This document shows positions 30,473 through 40,984 of a stretch of 64,000 nt of DNA, in pieces (position 1 is the first letter of the stretch; each line of letters begins with the position of its first letter). Origin of the DNA: Candidatus Dormiibacterota bacterium. Its GTDB lineage: Bacteria > Chloroflexota > Dormibacteria > Aeolococcales > Aeolococcaceae. The notes beneath the pieces are model-generated. The model saw nothing but the letters and a program-made list of their open reading frames with translations. It made no database searches and was not told where the DNA came from. Location: assembly GCA_963709585.1 (NCBI GenBank), contig CAVPXI010000007.1:32001-96000 (forward strand), given 5' to 3'. The position numbers were made by a program, and so were the translations under genes.

Positions 30473-32833
30473 ATGCGAATTGCGGTTGTCGGGGGCGGGC
30501 CGGGCGGACTTTACTTCGCGGCGCTCGCCAAGCAGCTCGATCCGAGCCACGAGATCACCGTATGGGAGCGCAACGCCGACGACGACACCTTCGGGTTCGG
30601 GGTGGTGTTCTCGGACGAGACGCTCGGCGGCATCGAGCACGCCGACCCGACGATCCACGCCGCGATGTCGCGCGAGTTCGCGCGCTGGGACGACATCGAC
30701 ATCCATTACCGAGGCGAGGTGATCACATCCGGGGGACACGGTTTTGCGGCGATGAGCCGCAAGCGGTTGCTCCACATCATGCACGCCCGGTGTCTCGAGC
30801 TTGGGGTGATGCTGTTGTTCAACAGCGAGGCTCCGCACGCGGACGAGCTCGCCGTGACCCATGACCTCGTGGTCGGCGCCGACGGCGTGAACTCGGCGAC
30901 GCGGGCTCGATATGCGGAGACGTTTCGCCCGACGCTCGACGTCCGTCAATGCAAGTTCATGTGGCTCGGAACCGACCTCGTCTTCGACGCCTTCAAGTTC
31001 TACATCGTCGAGACGCCGCACGGCATCATGCAGATTCACGGGTATCCGTACGACGCCACCGGCAGCACCTTCATCGTCGAGATGAACGATGCAGTCTGGC
31101 ACCGCGCAGGCTTCGACGCGCTGGCCGGCCGTGGCTTCGCTCCGGGCGAGAGTGATGTCGCGAGTATCGTCGAGATCCGCCGGCTCTTCGCGCAGATCCT
31201 TGACGGTCACGCGGTCAACGCGAACAACTCGAAGTGGATCAGCTTCACGACGGTGCGCAACGAGCGCTGGCATCACGGTAATGTCGTGCTCCTCGGCGAC
31301 GCCGCCCACACGGCGCATTTCTCGATCGGGTCGGGCACGAAGCTGGCCATGGAGGACGCGCTCGCGCTGGCCGCATGCCTGCACGAGAATGAGAGCGTCG
31401 CGCTCGCGCTCGAGGCGTATGAGGCAGAGCGCAAGCCGGTGGTGGTGTCGACGCAGCGGGCCGCGCAGGCGAGCCTCGAATGGTTCGAGAACCTCGGACA
31501 GTACACCCGTCAGGAACCGCTGCAGTTCGCGTTCAACATCCTCACCCGGAGCCGCCGGGTCACCTACGAGAACCTGCGCCTGCGAGACCCCGAATTCGTG
31601 CGCGACGTCGACGCCTGGTTTGCGAGCCAGGTCGACGCACACGACCGGCGCGCTGAGGCCGATACCCCGCCGATGTTCCAGCCGTTCCGGCTCCGTGACC
31701 TCGAGTTGAAGAATCGCGTCATCGTCTCGGCGATGGACATGTACTCGGCGAGCGATGGCATGCCCGACGATTTTCACCTCGTGCACATCGGCAGCAAGGC
31801 ACTCGGAGGTGCGGCGCTGGTGATGACCGAGATGGTCTGCGTCTCGGCGACCGGCCGGATCACGCCGGGCTGCACCGGCATGTACGCGCCGGAGCACGAG
31901 TCCGGGTGGCGCCGAATCGTGGATTTCGTGCACGACCAGACCACCGCGCGCATCGGTCTGCAGCTCGGACACTCCGGGCGAAAAGGATCGACCCGGCTCA
32001 TGTGGGAGGGGATGGACGAGCCGCTGCCTTCAGCGAACTGGGGGGTTGTGGCGCCCTCCCCGATTCCCTACTCGGGCGCAAACCAGGTGCCCCGCGAGCT
32101 GAGCACTGACGAGATGGTGGAGATCCGCGAGCAGTTCGTCCGCGCGGCCGCTGCCGGTGAGCGGGCCGGGTTCGACCTCCTCGAGCTCCACAGCGCGCAT
32201 GGGTACCTGCTCTCCAGCTTCATCTCGCCGATCTCGAACCAACGGTCGGACGCGTACGGCGGAACACTGGAGAACCGGCTTCGCTTTCCGCTCGAGGTCT
32301 TTGACGCCGTGCGCGCCGTGTGGCCCGGGCACAAGCCGATGACCGTGCGCATCTCCGCAACCGACTGGTACCCCGGGGGCATCGACGCCGACGACGCAGT
32401 CGAGATCGCGCGCGCGTTCGCCGGACTCGGAGCCGACGCCATCGACGTTTCCACGGGTCAGGTGACCAAGGACGAGAGCCCGGCGTTCGGCCGTTCGTAT
32501 CAGACGCCGTATGCGGACCGCATCCGAAACCAGCTGGGGATCGCGACCATCGCGGTCGGCGTCATCTCCTCGTACGACGACGTCAACTCACTCGTGCTCG
32601 CGGGGCGCGCCGATCTCTGCGCGCTGGCGCGCGCACATCTCTACGACCCGCAGTGGACGCTTCACGCGGCTGCCGACCAGGGCTACTCGGGACCGGGAGC
32701 CGAGTGGCCGGATCCGTTGCGTGCAGGCAGCCGCAAGCCGCAGGCGGGACGCAGCGACGGGCCCAAACCCAGGCTGCAGCTCATCCGCGAAGGCGAGGCG
32801 AAGACCCGGCACAGCCGCTGGCGGCCGCGCTGA
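30473..32833 (+). CDS. Bifunctional salicylyl/anthraniloyl-CoA monooxygenase-reductase (FAD monooxygenase plus OYE domain)
   Basis: GGGPGGL, TFGFGVVFS and GDAAHTAHFSIGSGTKLAMED; C-terminal ELHSAHGYLLSSF. Confidence 0.9.
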   Translation: MRIAVVGGGPGGLYFAALAKQLDPSHEITVWERNADDDTFGFGVVFSDETLGGIEHADPTIHAAMSREFARWDDIDIHYRGEVITSGGHGFAAMSRKRLLHIMHARCLELGVMLLFNSEAPHADELAVTHDLVVGADGVNSATRARYAETFRPTLDVRQCKFMWLGTDLVFDAFKFYIVETPHGIMQIHGYPYDATGSTFIVEMNDAVWHRAGFDALAGRGFAPGESDVASIVEIRRLFAQILDGHAVNANNSKWISFTTVRNERWHHGNVVLLGDAAHTAHFSIGSGTKLAMEDALALAACLHENESVALALEAYEAERKPVVVSTQRAAQASLEWFENLGQYTRQEPLQFAFNILTRSRRVTYENLRLRDPEFVRDVDAWFASQVDAHDRRAEADTPPMFQPFRLRDLELKNRVIVSAMDMYSASDGMPDDFHLVHIGSKALGGAALVMTEMVCVSATGRITPGCTGMYAPEHESGWRRIVDFVHDQTTARIGLQLGHSGRKGSTRLMWEGMDEPLPSANWGVVAPSPIPYSGANQVPRELSTDEMVEIREQFVRAAAAGERAGFDLLELHSAHGYLLSSFISPISNQRSDAYGGTLENRLRFPLEVFDAVRAVWPGHKPMTVRISATDWYPGGIDADDAVEIARAFAGLGADAIDVSTGQVTKDESPAFGRSYQTPYADRIRNQLGIATIAVGVISSYDDVNSLVLAGRADLCALARAHLYDPQWTLHAAADQGYSGPGAEWPDPLRAGSRKPQAGRSDGPKPRLQLIREGEAKTRHSRWRPR

Positions 32834-32840
32834 GGCCCGC

Positions 32841-33566
32841 TCAGGACGCGGGCAGTGACGAGCGAGCGGCCAGCGCGCTCGCCACGGTGTCGAGGAACCA
32901 CTTGCGCTCGCGCGCGAGGAAGAAGAGGTGCCCGCCGCCGAAGGTCACCAGATGCGATCCGCTGATGCCACGACGCATCGTCTCGGCGTCTCGCAAAGGG
33001 ACGATCCTGTCCCTCCTTCCGTGCAGGATGGTGGTGGGGACATGGATCTGGTCGAGGCGGTCGGTGCACTCATACGCGCGCGAGGCCTGACGCTGGCGGG
33101 CGAACGCGTAGCGCGGCTGCGGATACTTGCCTCTGAACACGAGGCTCGACAGCATCCTCAGCATCTCCATGCGCGAGGTCGGTGTTTCCGGCCGCGCTGA
33201 TGCCGACGTGCTGACGAGGATGAGCCGGGCGACCCGAGCCGGGTGCTCGAGCGCCAGGTCGAGCGCGATCCGCCCGCCCATGGAAATTCCGAGCACGGTG
33301 GTGTGCGACATGCCGACCGATTCCATGAGCGCGTCGGTGTCGGCGGCCATCATCGGGATCGTGTACGGCGCGTCGGGCGTGTCGGTGCGTCCGGCGCCGC
33401 GGTTGTCGAAGGCCAGCACCTGGCTGGTCTGCGCGCACCAGTCCGTGAGCCACCCCCACTGCGAGATATCACTGGCGAGTCCACCGATGATCACGAGCGG
33501 CTCCCCTGACCCATGCAGCTCGTAGTACATGTCGATGTCGCCGGCGCGTGCGACCGGCACGGTCAT
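32841..33566 (-). CDS. Alpha/beta hydrolase
   Basis: FDNRGAG, GISMGG nucleophile elbow and GGHLF. Confidence 0.85.
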   Translation of the reverse strand: MTVPVARAGDIDMYYELHGSGEPLVIIGGLASDISQWGWLTDWCAQTSQVLAFDNRGAGRTDTPDAPYTIPMMAADTDALMESVGMSHTTVLGISMGGRIALDLALEHPARVARLILVSTSASARPETPTSRMEMLRMLSSLVFRGKYPQPRYAFARQRQASRAYECTDRLDQIHVPTTILHGRRDRIVPLRDAETMRRGISGSHLVTFGGGHLFFLARERKWFLDTVASALAARSSLPAS

Positions 33567-34396
33567 GCCCCCAGGCGCGTGGATGTCTGCGCACCCCGTC
33601 GACCCAGATCCTCTTCGATGCCGCGTGCCGCGGCAAGCAGGTGCGGCAGGAACTCGCTGCGGACCAGGTCGGCGCTCCCGCGGCTCACCGGCGATGAGAC
33701 ATTGACGGCGGCGATCACCCGTCCCGAGAGGTCATTGATCGGAGCGGCGATCGCCCGGAGCCCTTCCTCGAGCTCCTCGTCGACGAATGCCCAACCCTGC
33801 TCTCGTACCTGGAGCAACTCCGCGCGCAAGGCTGGAGCATCGGTGACGGTCCGCGTGGTCAGCCGGCGCAGCTCCACTGTCGCGAAGTATCCGTCGAGCC
33901 ATTCGTCGCTCTGTCCGGCTAGGAGCACGCGACCCATCGACGTCGCATACGCGGGGAACCGCGTGCCGACACTGATGGTGATGGTCATGATCCGGCGTGT
34001 CGGCACCCGGGCGACGTAGACGACATCGTCGGCATCGAGCACCGAGACGGACGACGACTCGCGGAGCAGGCTCACCAGGCGCTCGAGGTGCGGCTGCGCA
34101 ACCTCGTGGAGGCTGAGGCTCGACAGGTACGCGTATCCGAGCTCGAGCACTCGAGGGCGCAGTGCAAAGAGGCGTCCGTTGCTGCGCACGTACCCGAGCT
34201 CGGCCAGTGTGCGCAGGAACCGCCGCGCCGATGCGCGCGTCAGCCCCGCCACCCGGGCGACCTCACTCAGCGTGAGCTCGGGGTGTTCCGCGTCGAAGGC
34301 GCGGATGACCGCGAGTCCACGCTCGAGGGACTGCACGAAATCCGTGCCGATGCCGCGATCCACGCGTGCGCGAGCCGGTCGATCAGCGTCGGTCAC
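33563..34396 (-). CDS. pcaR: IclR-family regulator of the beta-ketoadipate pathway
   Basis: FVQSLERGLAVI, RRFLRTL and ATSMGRVLL; last genes of the pca operon. Confidence 0.88.
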   Translation of the reverse strand: MTDADRPARARVDRGIGTDFVQSLERGLAVIRAFDAEHPELTLSEVARVAGLTRASARRFLRTLAELGYVRSNGRLFALRPRVLELGYAYLSSLSLHEVAQPHLERLVSLLRESSSVSVLDADDVVYVARVPTRRIMTITISVGTRFPAYATSMGRVLLAGQSDEWLDGYFATVELRRLTTRTVTDAPALRAELLQVREQGWAFVDEELEEGLRAIAAPINDLSGRVIAAVNVSSPVSRGSADLVRSEFLPHLLAAARGIEEDLGRRGAQTSTRLGA

Positions 34397-34785
34397 ATCG
34401 GCTCTCTCGCTGGTGCATCGCCGGCGAGCACGTCACAAGCGATGCTGAACGCACGATTCGCACGCGGAACGCCGGCATAGACGGCGACCTGGATCAGGAT
34501 CTCCTTGAGCTCTTCGACGCTGACGCCGTTGCGCAGCGCCGCACGCACGTGCAGCGCAAGCTCATGCTCTGAGCCCTGCGCAGCCAGCATCGCCACGGTG
34601 ATGCAACTGCGCGTGCGTCGATCCAAGCCCGGACGCGACCAGACAGCGCCCCACGCATAGCGGGTGATGTGGTCCTGGAAATCCGCGGTGAACGGATCCG
34701 CGCCGGCCGTCGCACGATCGACGTGCTCGTCACCGAGGACCTCGCGCCGCGTGGTCATTCCCTGTTCTTGAATATCGTCACTCAC
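34393..34785 (-). CDS. pcaC: 4-carboxymuconolactone decarboxylase
   Basis: RREVLGDEHV, WGAVWSRPGL and YAGVP. Confidence 0.9.
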   Translation of the reverse strand: MSDDIQEQGMTTRREVLGDEHVDRATAGADPFTADFQDHITRYAWGAVWSRPGLDRRTRSCITVAMLAAQGSEHELALHVRAALRNGVSVEELKEILIQVAVYAGVPRANRAFSIACDVLAGDAPAREPM

Positions 34786-35561
34786 GGCGCTCCTCCATCA
34801 CCCTCGCTCAGATGCTCGAGCACCAGCCCGTTCACGATGTCCGGTTGCTCGACGTTCACAAGGTGGGCGGCATCCGGAACCACCGCGACGTTCGCGTCGC
34901 GAAACGATGCGCCGAACATGACCGCGCTTGACGCCGGAACAACCGGATCCTCCGCTCCAACGATGATCAGCGTCGGCGCATCCACCTTGTGAATGTCGGT
35001 GCGCAGATCCCCCGTCGCGATCGCCTCGCAACAACTGGCATAGCCCTCGGCATCCATTGCGGCGAGGGTCTCCTCGTAGCCGCGCAGCGTCTCCGGGTGC
35101 TCACGTGCGAACCCTGCCGTGAACCATCGAGCCACCACGCTCGAGGCAATCGAGCCTGTGCCGTCCGCTCGTACCGTCGCTGCGCGGTCGGTGTACCGGG
35201 TGGCCGGCTGGAGTTGGGAGAGAGTCGCCATGACCACAAGCCGGTTGATGCGTTGTGGGTGGTGCGCCGCCATCCAGAGACCGACCATGCCTCCCAGGGA
35301 CACGCCGCAGAATGACACGGCTCCAGCGCCGAACTTGTCGAGCAGGGCGATGACATCGCCACCGAGTTCCTCGATGCTGTACGGGCCTCGAGGTGCCGGC
35401 GACGCACCGAGGCCGCGATGATCGTAGAGCAGGAGGGAGTAGCGAGCCGTCAGCGCATTTTGCGCATCCCACATGGCCCTGGTTGTGCCGAGCGCGGAGC
35501 TCATCACGACCATCGGCCTGTCTGGATCGCCGAGCAACGTCGAGGCGACCTCCACGCTCAT
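34782..35561 (-). CDS. pcaD: 3-oxoadipate enol-lactonase
   Basis: SALGTTRAMW, YDHRG, GVSLGG and AAHLVNVE. Confidence 0.88.
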   Translation of the reverse strand: MSVEVASTLLGDPDRPMVVMSSALGTTRAMWDAQNALTARYSLLLYDHRGLGASPAPRGPYSIEELGGDVIALLDKFGAGAVSFCGVSLGGMVGLWMAAHHPQRINRLVVMATLSQLQPATRYTDRAATVRADGTGSIASSVVARWFTAGFAREHPETLRGYEETLAAMDAEGYASCCEAIATGDLRTDIHKVDAPTLIIVGAEDPVVPASSAVMFGASFRDANVAVVPDAAHLVNVEQPDIVNGLVLEHLSEGDGGAP

Positions 35562-36958
35562 GGCTGCGCGCCGACGGCACGGTGAGCGTCCTGCGCACGC
35601 TGGATGAGCTCGTCGATCGACCCGAGGTACCCGGCTGGATCGAGCGCCGCCAGCACCTCCAACTCGGAGAGATGGCTGCGCACCTCGGGATCCTCGCGCA
35701 CGATCTCCGCAAACGCGACGTGGCGCACGATCGAGTCCTCGCTGCACCGGCTCACGATCGCTCGAGCGGTGGATCGTCCCGCGTGGCGGGACAGCTGCAG
35801 GGCGAGATGCTCCGCCATGACCAGCCCACCGTCCGAGGCGAGGTTCTCCTCCATGCGCTGAGGGTCGACGTGCAGTGAGCCGAGCATCGCCCCTGCGTGA
35901 TGGCTCGCGCCACCTGCGATATGGAGCAGCTGGCGGACCGTCTCCCACTCCGCATGCCATGCGCCGGCGGCACGCTCGTGCTCCTGCACCATGGTGGTGA
36001 ACACGGTGCCGACCAGACCCGCCGCGCGCTCCGCCGCAGCCAGAACGAGCACGGCACGCACCGGATTTCGCTTCTGCGGCAACGTCGACGACGTCCCGTG
36101 CTCGGCCTCCCCGACCTCTGCTACCTCCGCCTGTGCGAGCAGGATGACGTCGCGGGCGATCTTGCCGAGAACGCCGATCGCAGTGCCGAGCGCCGCGGCG
36201 AGCTCCGCGACACGGGTGCGGTCGGTGTGCCACGGAAGCACCGGCTCCTCGAGCTCGAGGCGAGCAGCCAGACGATGCACGACCTCGACACCTCGGCCCT
36301 CCAGCGACGCCAGCGTGCCTGTGGCTCCGCCAAGCTGCACCGCCAGCCGGTCAGCTCGCACGTGCGTGAGCAGCGCGCGAGCTTCGTCGAGGCTCACCAA
36401 CCAGCCGGCGGCTTTATAGCCGAACGTGGTCGGTGTGGCCGGCTGCAACAGCGTGCGCGCGGTCATGAGGGTGCGCCGGTGCGTCTCCGCCAGGGTCGAG
36501 CACGCGGAGCCGGCTGCCGACAGCTCGTCGATGATCACGCCGAGCGCGCGTTTCGCCATCAGTGAGAAGGCAGTGTCGATGACATCCTGGCTGGTGGCGC
36601 CGAGATGCACGTACTGCGCTGCACCGGCCGATACGGCGTCGCTGAGCGACTGGATCAAGGGTGCCGCCGGGTTGCCAGACAAGATCGAGCTCCTCCCGAT
36701 CTCCGCCGGGTCGAACGACGTAGCACTGCAAGCTGCTGCGATCTCGGTTGCAACGTCCAGCGGTACCAGGCCCGCGTCCGCCTCGGCGTGTGCCAGCGCC
36801 GCTTCGAAATCGAGCATTGCCTGGAGCCAGGCGGTGTCACTCACGGCCGCGTCGACGGCGGGACTGCCGAACAGCGGATCGACGAGTCCCTCAGCGATCG
36901 AAGAAGACTGTCTCACGCGCGCCCTGAAGGTGGATGTCGAATCGGAGACCACCCTCAT
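35558..36958 (-). CDS. pcaB: 3-carboxy-cis,cis-muconate cycloisomerase
   Basis: VHLGATSQD, SSTLPQKRNP and QEHERAAG; true start may be near 36898. Confidence 0.9.
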   Translation of the reverse strand: MRVVSDSTSTFRARVRQSSSIAEGLVDPLFGSPAVDAAVSDTAWLQAMLDFEAALAHAEADAGLVPLDVATEIAAACSATSFDPAEIGRSSILSGNPAAPLIQSLSDAVSAGAAQYVHLGATSQDVIDTAFSLMAKRALGVIIDELSAAGSACSTLAETHRRTLMTARTLLQPATPTTFGYKAAGWLVSLDEARALLTHVRADRLAVQLGGATGTLASLEGRGVEVVHRLAARLELEEPVLPWHTDRTRVAELAAALGTAIGVLGKIARDVILLAQAEVAEVGEAEHGTSSTLPQKRNPVRAVLVLAAAERAAGLVGTVFTTMVQEHERAAGAWHAEWETVRQLLHIAGGASHHAGAMLGSLHVDPQRMEENLASDGGLVMAEHLALQLSRHAGRSTARAIVSRCSEDSIVRHVAFAEIVREDPEVRSHLSELEVLAALDPAGYLGSIDELIQRAQDAHRAVGAQP

Positions 36959-37376
36959 GCCTCACCGCCACGAGGGTTGAACGCTCAGCCGAAGAAAGGG
37001 ATTGGAGCACCGGGTCCGCGTCATTGGCCTCGTCTTCGTCGGGGAAGTAGATGCGTGTCACCAGGCGGGTGAGCAGGCCGCGCGCGAAGACCGACACGTC
37101 GAGATGCGGCGCGTCCGGAGCACCGTTGCGCGCTGGTTTGGTGGTGACGATCGCGAAGTGCCCCTCGTCGTCGGTCCCGCAACGGCCGGCGCCCTCGGCC
37201 TGCCAGGTCTCGACCAGCGCATCGGGCACCGGTTCACCGGCACCATCGAGCACCTGCCCGGAGATGCGCACCGCGCCCGGCGACCCCTCGCCGGCGACGT
37301 GCGCCCCGATCGTGGTCGCAAGTCCGATTCGGAAGAACGGTCCAACGGTCTGCGACGGGGTGAGCGGCAGCGTCAT
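36891..37376 (-). CDS. pcaG: Protocatechuate 3,4-dioxygenase alpha subunit
   Basis: TPSQTVGPFF, FARGLL and ETVFFD. Confidence 0.9.
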   Translation of the reverse strand: MTLPLTPSQTVGPFFRIGLATTIGAHVAGEGSPGAVRISGQVLDGAGEPVPDALVETWQAEGAGRCGTDDEGHFAIVTTKPARNGAPDAPHLDVSVFARGLLTRLVTRIYFPDEDEANDADPVLQSLSSAERSTLVAVRHEGGLRFDIHLQGARETVFFDR

Positions 37377-38071
37377 TCGGACGCATCATCGTCGAGCGGC
37401 GTGGCGTCACGCCCCGCGACCACAATGTCCCACGCGTACCCGAGCGACCACTCCGGCTCGGTGAGCTCGAGCGACCACGATGCGACCAGACGCCGCCGCG
37501 CGGCGTCGTCGGGCACCGAGTTGAACACCGGGTCCTGTACGAGCAGCGGGTCGCCGGGGAAATACATCTGCGTGATCAGACGCTGCGCGAACGCGGGCGA
37601 GAACACGGAGAAATGCACGTGCGCGGGACGCCATGCGTTGGGATGGTTGAGCCATGGATACGCGCCCGGCCTGATCGTGACGAACCGATAGCCTCCTGCC
37701 GCGTCGGTGAGGCACCGGCCCGCGCCGCTGAAGTTGGGATCGAGCGGGGCCTGATGCTGATCCGAGAGGTGCGCATAGCGGCCCGCCGCGTTCGCCTGCC
37801 AGACCTCGATGAGCGCGCCTGCCAGCGGGTTCGCGTTCTCATCGAGCACCCGCCCGCTGATGGTGATCCGCTCGCCGACTGGCTCTCCATCGTGCTGCCG
37901 GGTGAGGTCGTGGTCGAGGGCGCCGATGGTCTCGCCCGCCAGCAGCGGTGCGGCGAGCTCGCCGAGCCGCCCCGGGAGCACCCGCAGTGGCTGTTTCGGG
38001 GCGCGCAGCCGGCTCGAAGCGTATGCCGAAGCGTCATTCGGCGGATGCACCGAGCGCGTCGACGCCGGCAT
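37373..38071 (-). CDS. pcaH: Protocatechuate 3,4-dioxygenase beta subunit
   Basis: WQANAAGRY and PGAYPW..NAWRPAHVHFS. Confidence 0.93.
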   Translation of the reverse strand: MPASTRSVHPPNDASAYASSRLRAPKQPLRVLPGRLGELAAPLLAGETIGALDHDLTRQHDGEPVGERITISGRVLDENANPLAGALIEVWQANAAGRYAHLSDQHQAPLDPNFSGAGRCLTDAAGGYRFVTIRPGAYPWLNHPNAWRPAHVHFSVFSPAFAQRLITQMYFPGDPLLVQDPVFNSVPDDAARRRLVASWSLELTEPEWSLGYAWDIVVAGRDATPLDDDASE

Positions 38072-39254
38072 TCAGCCTTCCAGAACCACGGCGAGCCCCT
38101 GGCCGACGCCGATGCAGATCGCCGCAAGGCCGAAGCCCCCGCCACGACGTCGCAACTCGTGGGCGAGCGAGCCGAGGATGCGCGCCCCGGAACAGCCGAT
38201 GGGATGGCCGATCGCGATCGCCCCACCATTTGGATTCACCTTCTCGGGGTCGAGCTCCGGCCAGTCGCACAGACAGGCGAGCGATTGCGCCGCGAACGCC
38301 TCGTTGAGCTCGACGACCGCAAGATCCTTCCACCCGATTCCCGCGCGACCGAGCGCCAGGTTGGCCGCCGCAACCGGTCCGATTCCGTACAGCGGCGGCT
38401 CCACCGCGCTCACGCCGCGAGCAACGATGCGGGCCAGCGGCTCGCGATCCGCGCGTCGCGCACCCGCCGCATCAGCGAGCAGGATCGCGGCGGCGCCGTC
38501 GTTGAGCGGGGAGGCATTCCCCGCGGTCACCGTGCCGTCGGGCCGGAACGCCGGTCGCAGTGACGCGAGGGCGTTGATGGACGTGCCGGCGCGGATGCTT
38601 TCGTCGCGGCGAAGGTCAAGTCCGGGTACCGCGACGACCTCGCCGTCGTACCGCCCTGCGTCCCAGGCCGCAGCCCCCTGGCGATGGCTGCGCAGCGCGA
38701 ATTCGTCCTGCTGCTCGCGACTGATCGAATATTTTGAGGCGAGCAACTCCGCGCCCTCCCCGAGCGAGATCGTCCATTCCGCGGGCATCCGCGGGTTGAC
38801 CATGCGCCAGCCGAGCGTGGTCGAGAACAGCGTCTCGTTGGTGCGCGCATATGCGCGTTCCGGCTTGAGCATCACCCATGGCGCGCGGCTCATCGACTCG
38901 ACTCCGCCGGCGATGCAGAGGGAATGATCCCCGACCGCGATCGCCCGGCTCGCCGCGATCACCGCCTCGAGTTCCTGAGCCGCACAGCCGGTTGACGGTC
39001 GTGCCCGGCACGCCCGGCGGCATCCCGGCGAGCAGGAGCGCCATCCTCGCGAGGTTGCGATTGTCCTCGCCCGCACCGTTGCCGTCTCCAAACACCACGT
39101 CGCCGACCTCTGCCGGGTCGAGCGCCGGGCTCCGCGTCACGAGCTCGGAGATCACGCAGGCCGCAAGGTCATCCGGACGCACCCCCGCGAGCGCACCGCC
39201 GTGGCGGCCGATCGGCGTGCGCACCGCGTCCAGGACGTAGACGTCCTCGGTCAC
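38072..39254 (-). CDS. pcaF: 3-oxoadipyl-CoA thiolase (apparent frameshift near 38972)
   Basis: VNRLCGSG, NEAFAAQ, GHPIGCSG and CIGVGQG split across two ORFs; joined at GAGTTC 38969-38974. Confidence 0.85.
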
Positions 39255-40013
39255 GAGCCCTTGGTCGCCTCGAGGCGGCGCAGCACCGTGAGCTCCTCCT
39301 CGGTGGGCGGGTCGGTGGTCGCGAGGTCTGACGACACCGCAAGCGGCCAGCCGGTCGCGGCGCGCGCGTCCTCGGCCGTCGAGCCGTGGTGCACGCTGAC
39401 CAGCGTGAGCTCGCAGGTGCCCGGGGCAGGCGACAGGATGCCGAAGTCGGTGATCACGACCCGCGGTCCGGACCCGGTGAGACCGTGCCGCCGGCGCTCG
39501 TCAGATCCTCTCCCGAAGCCGGCCGAGGTGACGAAGTCGACGCGATCGACGAACGTCCGCGGAGTTCTGGCGGACCACAACCACGACCTCACGGCACGAC
39601 GCGGCGATCTCGGGGGCGCCTCCCGCACCCGGGAGCCGCACCGTCGGGTGGCGGTAGTCGGCGCCGATCACAGTGGTGTTGATATTGGCGTAGCGGTCGA
39701 TCTGCGCAGCGCTGAGGAAGCCGACGTCGATCCTTCCGGGTTGCAGCCAGTAGTTGAAGACCTCGGGGACACTGACCACCGCGTCAGCCGTTTCCGCAAG
39801 GATGCCGTCGCCGATCGAGAGCGGCAGACGGTCGGGCTTGGCGCCGATCGTTCCCGACTCGTAGATGAGCACGACGTCGGGGGCGTGGGTGACGCGCGCG
39901 AGATTCGCCGCGGTGCTCGGCAGCCCGATGCCGACAAAGCAGACGGTCCCGTTGTGCAGCTGGCGTGCTGCCGCGATGGTCATCATCTCGTCCGACGTGT
40001 ACGCCGCGCTCAC
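39251..40013 (-). CDS. 3-oxoadipate CoA-transferase beta subunit, CatJ/GctB type (apparent frameshift near 39565)
   Basis: FVGIGLP, LIYESG and RLPGAGGAPEIA, then FVDRVDFVTS in the next frame. Confidence 0.85.
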
Positions 40014-40828
40014 GCGGCGGGAGCTCGGCGCATCACGTTCTCGTCCATCCAGCGCAGGAACGTGTCCCGCTGCCTGCTGATGGTGTCCCATTCTGTATAG
40101 AACGCGTTGTCCCGCAAGGAATATCCCTGCGCATACGAGGGATGCGATCCTCCCGGCGCGACCGCGACGTAGGTCGTCGCGAAGGAGGGAAGCACGACCT
40201 CCTGGGCTTTGGGGTCAAGGCTGTCGACGATCTCCTCGACGGTGATCAGCGAGCGTTTCGCGGCGAGCACGGCTTCCTTCTGGACGCCGAGGATGCCCCA
40301 CATCTGCACGTTGCCCTTCCGGTCCGCGCGCTGCGCATGGATGATCGTGACGTCGGGCGAGAGCGCGGGAAGCGCGGTCAGCACCTCGCCGGTGAACGGA
40401 CACGTGATCGGCCTGATCGTGTCCGTCTGCGCCACAAGATCGGTGCCGACATACCCGCGGAGCACGGCGAACGGAAGCCCGCTCGCTCCGGCGAGGTATC
40501 GGTTGGCCATGCCCGCATGGCTGTGCTCCTCCAGCTCCAGCGGGAGTGGCCAGGCGTTCTCCACCGCGTCGCGGAATCTGTGGAGAGAGCCGACGCCGGG
40601 GTTGCCGCCCCACGAGAAGATGAGCTTGGACGCGCACCCCATCCCGATCAGCTGGTCGTAGATGAGATCCGGAGTCATTCGCACCAGGGTGAGATTGCGA
40701 CGCCCCTGGCGAATGATCTCGTGACCGGCCGCGAACGGGATGAGATGGGTGAACCCCTCCATGACAAGCGTGTCGCCGTCGTGGACGAGCGCGGCGATCC
40801 CGTCGCGCAGCGAGACGATCTCAGCCAT
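40010..40828 (-). CDS. 3-oxoadipate CoA-transferase alpha subunit, CatI/GctA type
   Basis: EGFTHLIPFAAGHE, WGGNPGVGSLHR and HPSYAQGY. Confidence 0.88.
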   Translation of the reverse strand: MAEIVSLRDGIAALVHDGDTLVMEGFTHLIPFAAGHEIIRQGRRNLTLVRMTPDLIYDQLIGMGCASKLIFSWGGNPGVGSLHRFRDAVENAWPLPLELEEHSHAGMANRYLAGASGLPFAVLRGYVGTDLVAQTDTIRPITCPFTGEVLTALPALSPDVTIIHAQRADRKGNVQMWGILGVQKEAVLAAKRSLITVEEIVDSLDPKAQEVVLPSFATTYVAVAPGGSHPSYAQGYSLRDNAFYTEWDTISRQRDTFLRWMDENVMRRAPAA

Positions 40829-40844
40829 GCTCAAGGATCAGCAT

Positions 40845-40870
40845 GTTCGCGTAGCGCACACTCGTGTTCG
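40845..40870. promoter_or_regulatory. PcaR/PcaU/PobR-type operator (palindrome plus downstream half site)
   Basis: GTTCG-CGTAG-CGCAC at 40845-40859 plus a direct GTTCG at 40866-40870; matches the IclR aromatic-regulator GTTCG-N5-CG(A/C)AC pattern. Confidence 0.75.
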
Positions 40871-40937
40871 CAACCTTAGCTTTTCAGGGGTTTTCTTGCC
40901 GTCACAGAGATATGTTACGTTCAGGTAGAGAACTTAG

Positions 40938-40952
40938 GTTCGCTATACGAAC
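40938..40952. promoter_or_regulatory. Second IclR operator, upstream of pobA
   Basis: GTTCG-CTATA-CGAAC with perfectly complementary arms. Confidence 0.75.
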
Positions 40953-40984
40953 ACTCGGGCCCATCGGATTAGAGCGGGGTAGGC

